Source of the DNA: the human T2T-CHM13v2.0 reference genome, Homo sapiens
Reading direction: 5' to 3' (one strand)
NCBI RefSeq assembly: GCF_009914755.1
Contig: NC_060932.1
Length of the DNA stretch: 64,000 nucleotides
Below the pieces are notes generated by a model. That model did not search any database and was not told where the DNA came from. It saw only the letters and a program-made list of their open reading frames with translations. Made by a program: the position numbers and the translations under genes. Below, piece after piece: positions 26,416-42,623 of the stretch. Position 1 is the stretch's first letter. The number at the start of each line of letters is the position of its first letter.

Positions 26416-28166
26416 TGTTTTAATGAGTCACTCTAACAAATTTAAAAGAGCAGAAATCATACAAAGTATGTTCTAAGACAACAAAATATGAAAATTAAAT
26501 ACAATAACATTAAGATAATTGGAAAATCCACCAAATATTTGGAAATTAAGCTAAAGACTTCTAAATAACACATAATCTAAGGAAATCTAAAGATATATTT
26601 AAAACACTACTATGAGCATAATAAAAATTAAAATAAAACATTAGAGTACATGGGAGGCAGCAAAAGCAGTGCTCAGAGAGAAATTTGAACATTTCTATTT
26701 AAAGATGATCTAAAATATAAAACCTTAGCTTCCACCTTAGAAAATTAGAGGAAAAAAGAACATATCAAGCCCAACTCAAGCAAAAAGACAAATCTTATTA
26801 AAGGTTTGCACACAAAATATTAAAAAAACTCTAAAAACTGAGCAATACAAAAACAATCCAATTAAAAATGGGCAAAAATTTTGTAAAGGCCCCTCACCCA
26901 AGAATACAGATGACGACTAAGCAGGACAAAAGATGTGCAACATTGTTTGTCATTCTGAAAATGCAAATTAAAAACAAGATACCACTCACACTTATGAGAA
27001 TGTTTAAAATCCTTCAAATCTGATGTTGTTGAGAAATATGCAGAGCAACAGGAGCTCTCATTTATTATTAATAGGAATTCAAAGTGATGCACTAACTTTG
27101 GAAGACATTTTGGCAGTTTCTTACAAAGCTAAATATAATCTTATGCAATCAGGCCATTGCATTCCAGGTATCTACTCAAGTTATTTTAAAACTAATGCCC
27201 ACAAAAATACTGGCATGTGAGTATTTATAGAAGCTTTATTCATAATAAAGCTGGAAGCAACTGAGATGCTCTTCAAGAGATGAATAAATAAACAAATTGT
27301 GGTGTTCCATAATAGAATATCATTCAGCATTGAAAAGAAATAAGCTATTAAGCCATGCAAAAACATGAGTTATATATGCTACATGAAACAAACCACTCTG
27401 AAAAGACTAGGTACTGTATTATTTCATTTATTTGAAATTCTGGAAAAGGTGAACAGATCAGTGACTCCTAGGGTTTATGGAAGAGGGTGTTTGAATAGGC
27501 GAGGCACGGAGAATTTTTTTTAACGTGGTGATCTATTCTGTATGATACTATAATGGTGAATGCATGTCATTGTGCATTTTTCAATTCCCATATAATTTAC
27601 AGCACTAGAGCAAATCTTAATATATGTAAAATTAAAAAAAATAAGAGGTAATGGGATCCTAGAATGAAATGCAGAATGTGATAAAAGGATCTAACTGTAT
27701 TACAAATATATGAAACAACCTCAATAAAAGAAATGTGGGAGAGTGTGCTGACCTAAGTGACTCTGCAAATAAATGAAGCCTGTAAGATTAAAGGTACAAG
27801 GAAATGTACTGAGGCATTGTATTGTACTGTAGCTGATAAACTTGTTTTCCGTGGGGTTAACAATTCTAAAACCACTACACATGTACAGCGGATTTGAATG
27901 ATTATGTAATGGTTGGGTGTGGTGGGAGCCAGGTCTCTCACTTCTGGAGTGAGAGGCTACTGACTGGCAAGGGAGAAAAAGTCAGTGTGAACTCATCTCT
28001 ACTTTGATATAAACACAGATTTACACATAACTAATATTCACAGATAAGTTTACACACACAGGCAGCATACGGCTACTTGTTGAAATGACTGATTCTAATA
28101 CTGCATCAGGAAATACGTAAAATGAATCTGTAGTATTTTGAGGTTCCAGAAAGTAAGAAAGTACAG

Positions 28167-28167
<1 letters not shown>

Positions 28168-28201
<34 letters not shown>
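28168..28201 (+). repeat. (AC)17 microsatellite
   Basis: Read directly from the sequence. Confidence 0.97.
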
Positions 28202-28203
<2 letters not shown>

Positions 28204-28357
28204 ACTGTGCTACGCCAATGAGCATAGGGGCCAACTGAGCTTCCACATGGCCAAAGCTGAAACTATTTGAACAAAAATAAGTAACACAATTTCAGATTAT
28301 TACCCATAGTATAAAATATATGTGTTGGGTTGAAACCCAATATATAAAATAAATGCC

Positions 28358-28396
<39 letters not shown>
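28358..28396 (+). repeat. (TG)n(TA)n microsatellite
   Basis: Read directly from the sequence. Confidence 0.95.
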
Positions 28397-28927
28397 GCAT
28401 TTATATAATTAATTAGTTAATGAATGAAGAAGACCAGATGTATCTGTCAAGTAGAATTCAATGTATTTAGATACTCTGCCCTCAAAGTGGTGGACCCTAG
28501 GTCCCTCTTCATTAAGTATGGGCTGCACATAGTTATTTGATTAGAATGTATACAGCATGGAAAGGGGAACTTTATAGTGATTTTACAGTCAGAAACCTAA
28601 AAAACCCTCCCTTGGTAATCAAAGTCAATATGAACAGTGACAATTCATTTTGTTTGTTCCCTGACATGATGTAATTAGAATGACCCCTTACCTCTGTGAT
28701 CATTCTCCCTAAGACCCACAGCCGCTGTCTGACTGTGTGAAACAGACAAATGCCAATGAAGGGATAGTCTAGAAAATATGTCACCTGTACTCAAGACTGT
28801 TCAAAGTCATTAAAAACAAGGAAAACCTGAAAAACTAAGGAGCCTGAGGAGTACCCTAAAGAAACATGTTGACTAAGTTTAAGACAATATTTTACATGGA
28901 ATCATGTATTAGAAAATAATATTGGGG

Positions 28928-29255
28928 GGCTGGGTGCAGTGGCTCACGCCTGTAATCTCAGCACTTTGGGAGGCCGAGGTGGGTGGATCACGAGGTTAGG
29001 AGATCAAGACCATCCTGGCTAACACGGTGAAACCTCGTCTCTACTAAAAATACAAAAATTAGCCGTGCGTGGTGGTGAGCGCCTGTAATACCAGCTACCC
29101 GGGAGGCTGAGGCTGAAGAATTGCTTCAGCAGGCGGAGCAATGCTGAACCCGGCATTCGGAGGCTTGAACCCGGCAGGTAGAGGTTGCAGTGAGATGAGA
29201 TTTCACCACTGCACTCCAGCCTGGGTGACAGAGCAAGACAAAAAAAAAAAAAAAG
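28928..29255 (+). mobile_element. AluSc/AluY-like element with a 40-bp insertion in the right arm
   Basis: ggatcacgaggttaggagatcaagaccatcctggctaacacgg; TSD GAAAATAATATTGGGG (28912-28927) / GAAAATAATATTAGGG (29256-29271). Confidence 0.95.
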
Positions 29256-29820
29256 GAAAATAATATTAGGGGAAAACTTAGAAAATCTGAATAAAACATG
29301 AGCTATAGTTAGTAGTAATGTATTAATATTCATTAATTTGTGACAAATTAATCATAACAATATATTATGCTAATAATAGGGTAAACTGTGTGTGGGCTGT
29401 ATGGTACTTTCTATACTATATTAGAAACTTTTTGATAAATCAAACTATTCTAAAATAATGTTTATGAAAACAAAATAAATTTCAGTCAATAGAAATAAGC
29501 ACCTTAAAATAGAGTAGATAATGTAATAGTGGCTTCATGTTGAGATGAGGAATGAGCCGTATGTTTCTTAGTGAAAATAATTTTACATGTTAAAGTATTT
29601 ATATTATGGGAATGACTGATATGTGTTGTGTGTTTAGATAACTGAATTTATGATATACTCTGGAGTTTTCTTTTTCTTCTATTAATTTTTTGTATGTACA
29701 CTATACCAATAAAATCAAGAGGTTCTTTTTTTAACATTTCCAAAGTAAAATAAAATGCTAAAGAATTGTCTTTCATATGTTGTCAATGGGCAATATGGCA
29801 TTCTTCCTTTTGTTTTGCAG

Positions 29821-29854
29821 GAAAGGAATACATAAGAGAGAAGTGCCCACCAGT
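29821..29854 (+). other. Candidate 34-nt exon
   Basis: ttcttccttttgttttgcag acceptor, AGT|GTAAGA donor. Confidence 0.35.
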
Positions 29855-29889
29855 GTAAGACTCTGCTCTAATTTCAGTTCTGTATTTAT

Positions 29890-30250
29890 TGTCTTGAAAT
29901 AAGTTAATGCAAATACGCAAATAAAAACACAGCAATGAATTCAAAGGCATCACTAAAACCAATGATAAAAAAGAAATATAAATGATATTATAAGACATTA
30001 GATTAAATGGAATCATTAATAATATTTAATTAAAATTAGAGAAGGCAAAATAAAGATGGAGGTGGGGTGGGGTTAGGGGTGGGGAAGGGAAACAAAGTAT
30101 AAATGCAATGAATAGGAAACAGTTATAAAGATATTAGATATTAATACAAAATGCTAATATCACTTTAAATGTGAATGGTCTAAATTGACCAATTAAAAGA
30201 CAGAGAATGTCAGAGAGGATAAATAGGACCCAACTCTATGTTGTCTATTA
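29890..30250 (+). mobile_element. L1M inter-ORF/ORF2-start fragment
   Basis: atcactttaaatgtgaatggtctaaattgaccaattaaaagacagag (ITLNVNGLN..IKRQ endonuclease motif). Confidence 0.8.
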
Positions 30251-30578
30251 AAATAAAGAAGTAAGGAAGTAGAGAATGTCTCAAAAAAGGAAAACACCCA
30301 AAAGACAAAATCCAAGGTGGCAAAGAAGAAAATGGCTGAAAAAAAATACCTTGGATTTAGCTATTAAGAATTCACGTGTGATCTCTGTATTAATCATGTT
30401 TGTAGACTCTTAAGAGGAGAAGTTGAGTTGTACTGGATTGAGGGGATTGAGGAGTATAAGACTACTAAGTGGAGTCAGTGAATACATTCTTCTTCGGAAT
30501 TTTTTGAGGGAAAAATGAAAGATCAGACAGCAGTTTGAAGAGGAGTCCTGGTGAAAAAGTTTCTTCCATTTATTTTGA

Positions 30579-31221
<643 letters not shown>

Positions 31222-31448
31222 TATTTTGAACTTTCTGGTGTGGGAAATGATGCATGAATGTGATGTATGTGGAAGAAATCAGTATTATGTAAGATTCAGA
31301 ATTCAAGATGTACAATGACAGATGAAATAAGGTGATGGCACAAGGAAGGTTCTGAGAGTATGTAGATATATTTATGCAAATTATATAAGAAAACTGAGGG
31401 AATTCATTTCTTGACATGTCATTTTCTCAACAAATTATGAGATGTATA

Positions 31449-31689
31449 CATGTTCTCACTCGTAAGTGAGAGCTAAGCTATGCATACACAAAAGCATATA
31501 GAGTGGTATAATGGACACTTGAGACTCGGAAGTGGAGAGGCTGGAAGGGGGTGAAGAGTGAAAAACTACCTATTGGATAGTAAATGTACACTATTTGGGT
31601 GGTGAGTGCACTAAAAGCCCACACTCCACTACTATATCATTCATCCATGTAACAAAATGTCATTGTACCCCTAAAATTATTGAAATTAA
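31449..31689 (+). mobile_element. L1PB3/4-like 3' end
   Basis: catgttctcactcgtaagtgagagctaagctatg...gagtggtataatggacac...ttgtacccctaaaattattgaaat. Confidence 0.85.
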
Positions 31690-31796
31690 TTTTGTAAGTA
31701 CATGATGTCTCATTAGATTTCAAAAGAAGAAGAAGCTTGAAATGGAAGTTTGGGTCTGTTGTAATAAAACAGAATATATACTTTGAAGTGGCTGTC

Positions 31797-32168
31797 ATGT
31801 CTCAGTGTTTATGGGAGCCTAAAAAAGTCAAACTCAGAAGTAGTAAGTAGCATGGTGACTACCAGAAGCTGGGGTGAAGGTGGTGGGCGGGGAAAGAGGA
31901 AATGTTGGTTAAAAGTTTCAAAGTTTCAGTTAGACAGGAGGAATCATCTCTTGCACAGCAGAGTAATTATAGGTAATGGCGTATAATTTCTAAATGCTAA
32001 AACAGTGGATTTTAAATGTTCTTGCCACAAATAAATAAGTATGTGAGGTGGTGGATATGTTAATTAGCCTTATTTGATCATTCCACAGTGTATACATGTA
32101 TCAAAACATCACGTTGTATCCCATAAATAGATACAATTAGTATTTGTCAATTAAAAATGAAAAAAGAA
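31797..32168 (+). mobile_element. L1MA4-8-like 3' end
   Basis: aagtttcagttagacaggaggaat...tatcaaaacatcacgttgtatcccataaat...tttgtcaattaaaaa. Confidence 0.85.
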
Positions 32169-33579
32169 GACAATGGTAATTGTGCTCAATGGTTTCATAC
32201 TCTAGAGGGGAGTGGGATGTAAGACAGTATAGAAACCAACATTGTATAAGGCAGAATATTTAAAAATAATACATCATATTAAAACCAGCTAAGACTTTCG
32301 GAGTAAAAGATTATGACGGCTGTTTACAAAGACCACAGCAGGGAGTTCCAGGTAGTTTCTGTCTAAGTAAGCTTTAACCACTTAGAAACTGGGAGTGTGA
32401 AAAGGGTCTTTCTGCAGGCTGACTTTTTATTGGATACATTCTAGATCCTCGAGTTGTAAAGTCCAAGGGTTATTTCCTGAATTCTTGCTCTAAATTTGCA
32501 GCATTCATTTCTTAGTGTTTATTTTACATTCAGATGACAGCCACATTTGCCAGAATCAAGACACTTCTATGACTTTTATTCAATTACAGCATATAGATAC
32601 ATAATATGTTCTTTTATATTGCAAACAAACATATTTTTCCATCCTTGATGAATCTTTCGATCTACTTTTGTAGCCTTGCTGCTTTCTGATTGAAAAGTCA
32701 AATTTTAACATGTTTAAAATGTGTTTCTAGGATGTGTTAATCATATGATGGCATGGTGATTAATTGAGAGATGTCCATGTTGTAACAAGTTTTTCCAATC
32801 TTCAGTTGTTATTCTTTTAGTAATTAATGAGTCTATAAAGAGAGGACTTGCTAAAGGTAAAGCTTGGATCGTTAAGGTGACATTTTGTTAAGGTTAAAGC
32901 AAATTATATAATCCTCTGAAGGAGCGCTTCTGGTTTTCCCAGCTCTGGCCAGGACAGCCTATCTGTGCAGGAGGCATTGCTGGCACCCCGTGGGGACTGA
33001 GGACCAAGGAGGAGCTGCTCCCCCACACACGGTTCGTACTTCTGCTCTGTGAAGAGAGACAACTGTGCCCTGTCACCTTCACTGAACTATGAGGTGTGTC
33101 CTGATGCTGTGCATGACATCTTGGGTTTGCAGAACTGTTCACTCTCTCCCTGGATTTAAAATGAGTTCAAATTATAAGACCTTCATTTTATTGGTAATAT
33201 ATTAAAATTTGGGGGAAAGAACTAGTTTTAAAACTTTCTATTAAGCCTAAAGTAGTGGCAAATTTCATAATTAGATTGCACAATATTGGATAGCTTAAAA
33301 ATTTCAAAATTGCCAATTTGTTACTTGTCTGTATTTGATGTATACTGTAAAATACAAAATGCACTTTATGTTTTCCATCGTGCAACAGTGAAACACTGGA
33401 GATTCATTCAATCATATAACGGGTATTTATTGAATGTCCATGATACGTCAGGCAACTTGGATTGCTAAGATAAATAAGATGTTTAAGTAGTGTCATTTAG
33501 TGTTACAGATATGATGACAGAAGTATGTGCTGTATATATTAATGCTTCTGAAGCAAAGTGTGGGCAGGCAGATTACTTT

Positions 33580-33903
33580 ATAAAAAGAAATAAAAGTCAT
33601 CTCAATTAGAAGGAAAGAAGTAAAACTAGCTCTATTTGCACTTGAAATTATCTTTCACATATAAGATCCTAAAGCAACCAGAAAGAAGCCATTAGAATGA
33701 AGAGCTGGTAAGTTTAGCAAGGGTTTGGTATACTCAGTCAATATACAAAAATCAATCTGCCTTTATGCACTAGCAATGAAACAATCCAAAATTTAAATGA
33801 AAACAATTCCATTTACAACAATAGCATACAAAATGAAATGCTTAAGAACACATTTAGCAAAAGAAGTGCAAGACTTCTACACTGAAAACTAAAAAACATC
33901 GTT
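33580..33903 (+). mobile_element. L1M ORF2 (RT region) fragment
   Basis: ggaaagaagtaaaactagctctatttgca...tcaatatacaaaaatcaat...aagaagtgcaagacttctacactgaaaact. Confidence 0.8.
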
Positions 33904-34590
33904 ATGTGTGAAGGGGAGGGAAGAAAGGAGGCTAGAGGATAACTTAAGAATTAAGGGCATCTTATTTTGGGTTGATAATGTTGAGGATGCTTATGACTGA
34001 AAGGGAGTTATTCATTCTTCAGTGATTTCTTAATTTGAAATATGGAACCAATGTTTCTGCATAACATAAACATACAAATGAATTAAAGTGAAAATTCTAA
34101 GGTTCCCATTATTGCTATGCTTATGTTTATGAGAGAATTTTAAGATTTTATCAAGTTCCCAAAGTACTCGAAAAAGAAAAAAAAATCATGGTGGGTATTA
34201 TATAGCTTAAACATTCCAGTTTGCCCAGTCTTGATAAAAATCACTTAAAAAAACAGAAAAAAATTGAATTTTTTTAGGTTTGATTTGGTTGTTGTCATTT
34301 CAAAATCAAGGTTCCCAATCAGCTTTCTGATTGCTATCTGATAAAGGTAATTAAAAATAGATACATACAGCACATTAGAGCATTACTGCTTATGAAAGGA
34401 TTCCAAATAAAGTGTTCAAATACAGGGGTTATCTTAGTCTAGAGATGTTAATATTTTATAATATCAAGCTCCATGGTACATATAATTCACTTTATAAGCT
34501 ATTAAAAAGATATAACACTTTATATGTTTTATAAATGATTTTCCCCAAGCCCAGATCACTTACAGTAATAAATACATAAATACACAAACA

Positions 34591-34645
34591 TGTGTATATA
34601 TATATATACACACACACACACATACACACACACGCACACATACAT
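34591..34645 (+). repeat. (TA)n(CA)n imperfect microsatellite
   Basis: Read directly from the sequence. Confidence 0.9.
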
Positions 34646-35023
34646 AGTAAAAAGCTTTCTGATTTTCCCTAGGATTAATACTTTCTGAAGAGCCAAATTT
34701 CTCAAAAGGCACAAGAATTTACCACTTCAAGCTCAAAAACCTAAAAATAAAATTAGCAAACAAATCACCATGCTTTATTTTGTGGTAAATTTTTCAAAAA
34801 TGTATTTCATATCATTCAGACTTCTTAAACCAAAGAAAAGTTTAAAATATTTTGTCATTATAAACATTATTATGTTTTGATTTTAAACATTGAAAAATTT
34901 CAAATATTATTAGAATTAAGTGACAAAAAGTCCACATAGGACCAGACCAAGCTCTTGTAGCCCTTTTTAATAAAGCATATGATTTCGATTTTTCTTATTT
35001 TTTCATACTTTCTTATTTCTCAG

Positions 35024-35037
35024 TCTATTTCTAAGAG
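35024..35037 (+). other. Candidate 14-nt microexon
   Basis: Long pyrimidine-rich tract ending ttctcag; GAG|GTAAGC donor. Confidence 0.3.
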
Positions 35038-35854
35038 GTAAGCTGGCTGTAGGGGTGAGGGGCGAGTGTATGCACTGTATAGCTAGCAGGCATTGCAAAA
35101 ACCTGGCATAATTTCTGGACAATGAGAGTGTCATGCCTTTGCGATGTGCAGCGTAAGTAGAGCGGATGCCTATGACGGCCCTTCCCATGGCCTGGGCATC
35201 AGAACTGCTTCAGAGTCCAAGGAGGGGTCCTAGGTCACCCGTTATTGTGTGTGGAGGATTGTCCTCAAAAACACTTTTTTCTCCCTTTTAAATAAAATTG
35301 ATATCTTAGAATTGTTACTATATAGGGAGACACAACTATACCAAATAGTTGTCATCTGCTTTTTGACTATGTGAGCATTGAATAAGTATAAAAACACTTC
35401 AGAATAAAAGCAAATGTAAAACAGCCTGGGGAATACCTTAAATTTGGAATGAAAACCCGGCAGCTATTTGCAGGCGTATCAATATGGAAGATAACTTGAA
35501 ATTAAATTGTTCTCAACAAATAACACAGAGCTTTAGGTGCAATTGACTCTTAAACGTATTTGAATGAACTTGGAGATCATATGCTATATCAAGGGGCAAC
35601 TCTAAGATAATCAATAGAAGTTTTAAAAGATGGAGATTTTTGTTCAACAAAAGAAGAAAATTCTAATGATGAAAGTTTTCATTGTAATAGACCCCTCGGG
35701 AGCTGGGCACTGTTCTAATGGTCTTGCAGCATTAATTTGATCTCAATCCCCATGGGCAAGACCTCAGTACATGTCTATATCAAAGCGATAGCTAGAGGAA
35801 GAAGAAGGGGAAATAAGGTAGGGAGAGAATGGGCAGAGGAACAGGAGAAATACC

Positions 35855-35985
35855 TTCAGGAATGGTGAAACTGAGTCACAGAAAGGTTAAAGCAATCACA
35901 TGGGTGGAAAGTCATAGGGTCAGGGTTTGAACCTAGGAAGGCTGAATCCAAAGCCCACAATCTCAACCTATAAGCTATGATGCCA
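35855..35985 (-). mobile_element. MIR
   Basis: gaaactgagtcacagaaaggttaa...gggtttgaacctaggaaggctgaatccaaagccc core. Confidence 0.75.
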
Positions 35986-36106
35986 CCCAACTACGAGTTT
36001 ATACTGAATATTCTAAAACAAACTCTCACGTTGTAAACCCAGGTATGGGAAATATTTACCAAAACTGGCCCAATTTTCAAAAATAAACAAGTTTTTTCTC
36101 CTGCAG

Positions 36107-36305
36107 CTTACAGTTCACAGGACGTGGCCTCCTTTATGCATAGCCCAGGAGGTGCACTGGGGTTAGGATCAGCATGCCCTGGGCAGTTCCATGTGATCAC
36201 AGTGCTGCCTTGCTTTCTGGCAGCCTCCTTCTGGCTCTGCTTTGGGTTTGTAATCAGGAGGGGCTACATTAAACCATATAAAAATAAAGCCTACAGCTGT
36301 TATGC
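36107..36305 (+). other. Candidate terminal exon
   Basis: gttttttctcctgcag acceptor; AATAAA at 36283-36288. Confidence 0.25.
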
Positions 36306-36469
36306 TCATGGGTGATGACTGGTAATGAGACCTAGAAAACCCTCTAGCAAGGCTGCCTTCCATATAGTGGGAAATAATTTTTTTATATAAAGCACTTAGC
36401 CTAAAGTGTCTCTGTGTGTGTGTGTTTCACATCCATTTGTTCATGCACCCATTATTTCTTTTGCTTTCC

Positions 36470-36760
36470 AAATAAGGACATTTGCATATGTGACCCCCTT
36501 TTTCTTGGAAGGCTCTTCTTCAACATTTCTCCTTTTCTTTAGTTTTCTTCTTAAGCGGCACCTAGAGTGAGAGGCCTTCCCTCTCTATCATTCTCTCACA
36601 CTTTTTCTTGTTTGTTTCTTTATTGAGTTGATTTTTTTTTTTAGGCTTCTGTTTGCTTCTTTTCATCTCTCTCCCCATAAGAATGGAAGTTCCAGGAGGC
36701 TAGGGTCCACTCTGTCTTGTTTCCATTGTATGCCCAGCACCTGACTCACAGTCTGGTACA
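36470..36760 (+). mobile_element. L2 3' fragment
   Basis: gagaggccttccct..., gaatggaagttccaggaggctaggg...tgtcttgtttccattgtatgcccagcacctga. Confidence 0.7.
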
Positions 36761-36768
36761 CTGTACAG

Positions 36769-37086
36769 CAGGGGTCCCCAGCCCCCATGCAGTGGATGGG
36801 TGCCAGTCTGCAGCCTTGTTAAGAAAGGAGCTACACAGCAGGAGGTACTGCCTGAGCTCCACCTCCTGTCAGATCAGCGGGGGCATTAGATTCTCCTAGG
36901 AGTGCAAACGCTGCAGTGAACTGTGCATGTGAGGGATGTAGGCTGAGCACTCCTTATGAGAATCGAACTAATGCCTGATGATCTGAGGTGGAACAGTTTC
37001 ATCCAGGAACCAACCCCCACCACATCGGTCAAAAAACTGTCTTCCATGCAACTAGTCCCTGGAGCCAAAAAGACTGGGGACTGCTG
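36769..37086 (+). mobile_element. MER1B (hAT-Charlie MITE)
   Basis: TIRs CAGGGGTCCCCA / TGGGGACTGCTG; 8-bp TSD CTGTACAG / CTGCAGAG; ctcctgtcagatcagcgg...ttagattctc core. Confidence 0.93.
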
Positions 37087-38984
37087 CTGCAGAGGATAAA
37101 TACATGCTTGTAAATGGATTTAAAAAGTTTATTGGATACTGCTACACATCAATTGGCAAAGAAAGAAATTAAAAGGATGGTTCCTTCTCTGTGAAAACTT
37201 ACAGTGTAATTCTAAGTCAATTTACAATGCCATATGACAGTGATGTGTGATATGTACCGGAAACAAAATGGACAATGTTTGACAAACATTATATTTATCT
37301 GGGGGAGTCAGAGAAAATAACCTGAGTGATGCCCCACTTCGGAGGATGCTTCTTTGAGTAATCTCTGAGGCATTTTCCATGGCCAAAATGTAAAGCACTG
37401 ATAGAGAGAAATCATTTCTGCCTGTCTGGAAGACACAAGTGGCTTTGTCTTACTGCATGCCCATGCATCCATGGATCTATTAACAGCTTCTGAGGTGTAG
37501 CCAGAGACATAATAACACACAACCCAACAAACAAAAACACATGACAGGGGCTCTATGTATAAATTTATATTCACCAGATTTGCAGAAAGAAAAACTGAGA
37601 ATTCTCTGCAATTAATATAAAGCCCAGGGCCAAAGACCTGACCATGTTAATGCACATAACTTTGGAAAATAGACGAGGTGTGATAGACTCTTCTAAGAGT
37701 TTTAGTAAGTCCCAAATAGGATAAGGCAACAATGAGTACCTCACTGCATACTTTTAGTAGGTTACAGCATGCAGATAGTGATACATTTAACTAAGTAACT
37801 ATATATAGTTCATACTATGGGCTTAATCATTTTAGAAGAATCTTATTTTAAAATTTTCTGCAATTTGAGCAATGAAGTGCAGGTTGGGTGGTGCAGTTGG
37901 ATGAGCTGCTCCCTACAAATGGGCTTGGAAAGGTCAGCACCTATCTGGTGGGAAATCATATTTTTCCTGACTATTTGAGACAGTCAGGGTGGGGGCCAGT
38001 TGGGCTGTAGAAGATTGTCTCCCTTCAATGTCTGTGAAAGAGCTTCTAAGGAGAGTGAGAAGCCTTTGGCATGCAGCAAAATCTTTACATTGGAGAGAAC
38101 ATAGAGTCATTGGAAATTAAAAGCCACTTCTAGAACACTAGGAACAAGCAAAATAGAACTGCTGAGTTGCAGATTTTTGTTTTTAAGTTGAGGATATCTG
38201 AAAATTTTTGAGGTAAGCTAAACACTCTCTGGCCTTCCGACTTCCATCTTCCCACGGCAGCCAATCAGACCTCAGAGTGCCCTGTGAGCTTCTGTAAGCT
38301 GCTAAGAAACCACCTAGGAGCTGACCACTTCCTCATCCAAATAAGCCTGCTTGCTCTTTTCATCTTCCTAGATACTTAGCCTATTTTGCTTATTAAACAA
38401 ATAGAGAATATGATGATACCATGATTCTGATTCCACAAGCCACATGTAAAACCTACTAATCTCAAATTTATACTTGTTAACACTGTGCATGCCCCAGCAT
38501 TGTGCTAAGGTGTATTTACAAATTCGCTGATCTGGAGGGAATTAAATACACTGAAGTAGGATCTAAGTGCTAATAATATAACTCAGGAGAAGATTTATAC
38601 TGCACCAAAGAAACAACTGGAGCCCAATGCTGGGTAGGAACTATGTCACAGTCAAAGATGCAAAGAGCAGCTGAACATAAGGAGGGGCTCCGGCTTATAA
38701 GCTTCCCTCTCAGGGCTCTGTCCAGGCACTAACCATGAGCAAGATGTGGATCATCCTCCCCTGGGTTTCACACCAGTGTGTGCTGGCACCACCCTATTTT
38801 TCATTCTTTATTCTCTTTACTCCCTACATTTATTCCATGAAAAACGGAGACGATTTATTGTTCAATATGTTTTCCTGTGTGATCCTATTGTGAAACTTTT
38901 GCCATTGCATGTTTGTTGTGTTTTATGTGTGACATTTCATGCCTTCAAGTGCCCTATGACATAAACAGAAAGAATACATTCAAT

Positions 38985-39100
38985 TTTTTATAAAAGAAAT
39001 CAGGCTCAGATGGTTCCTCTGGGTTCTGCCCAGTCCACACAGCTTGTAAGTAACCAAGATGGGTGAGGACCCAGAGCTTCTCATGTCCGTTCCAGCCATC
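38985..39100 (-). mobile_element. MIR relic
   Basis: gaaatcaggctcaga...gcccagtccacacagcttgtaagt. Confidence 0.5.
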
Positions 39101-39163
39101 CACATGGACCTGCCTCCTACCCTCAACTTGAGTAATTATCTATTTTCTTTAAGACATAAATCA

Positions 39164-41909
<2,746 letters not shown>

Positions 41910-42227
41910 AAGACATAAATCAAATCCCAGCTCCTCTATGAAGACTTTTCTATGGCTTCTGGCTGTGGTTATAAACTCCAATTTGTATCTGTGCTCTAAG
42001 CCTTTCCTGCTAAGAGGTCTTGGACAGGTCACTTTTTTGATCTGAGATGCAGTTTGTCATCTGCTATATAGTGTAAATAAGCTGAATCAACACAATCTTA
42101 GTATTGAATAGACACCTTGTTATCATAGGCAGATAATCATAAAATGATGGTCATAACATCCATGTCCAAACATGCATTTCCAAAATAGTCATATTCAAGT
42201 TTCCAAGATCCAAGTCACAGAGATGGA

Positions 42228-42559
42228 TTTTGTTTTATTTACTTTTTATTTTATTTCTTTTTTTTTTTTTTTTTTTTTGTGAGACGGAGTCTCGCTTTGT
42301 CACCCAGGCTGGAGTGCAGTGGCACGATCTCGGCTCACTGAAAGCTCTGCCTCCCGGGTTCACGCCATTCTCCTGCCTCAGCCTCCCGAGTCTGGGACTA
42401 CAGGCGCCCGCCACCACGCCCGGCTAATTTTTTATATTTTTAGTAGAGACGGTGTTTCACCGTGTTAGTAAGGATGGTGTCGATCTCCGGGCCTCGTGAT
42501 CCACCCACCTCGGCCTCCCAAAGTGCTGGGATTACAGGCATGAGCCACCACGCCTGGCC
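42228..42559 (-). mobile_element. AluY
   Basis: Y diagnostics gggttcacgccattctcc, caggcgcccgccaccacgcccggc, ctcgtgatcc; many CpGs retained. Confidence 0.95.
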
Positions 42560-42623
42560 TATGGCCTATTTTTTTAAGTGTTAGAAAAAAAAGAAGCTGG
42601 AAATAATGTGAAAGTTGGTAGCA

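Larger units (their letters stand above)
26420..29480 (+). mobile_element. L1MC/L1MD ORF2 fragments plus long 3'UTR
   Basis: gaaatcatacaaagtatgttct...ccaaatatttggaaattaa; 3'UTR ggatctaactgtattacaaatatatgaaacaacctc; terminal aaactattctaaaataa. Confidence 0.8.

Noticed and set aside
38188-38212. 25-nt exon ending GAG|GTAAGC
   Set aside because: Weak AAG acceptor and stops in all three frames; only the donor is convincing
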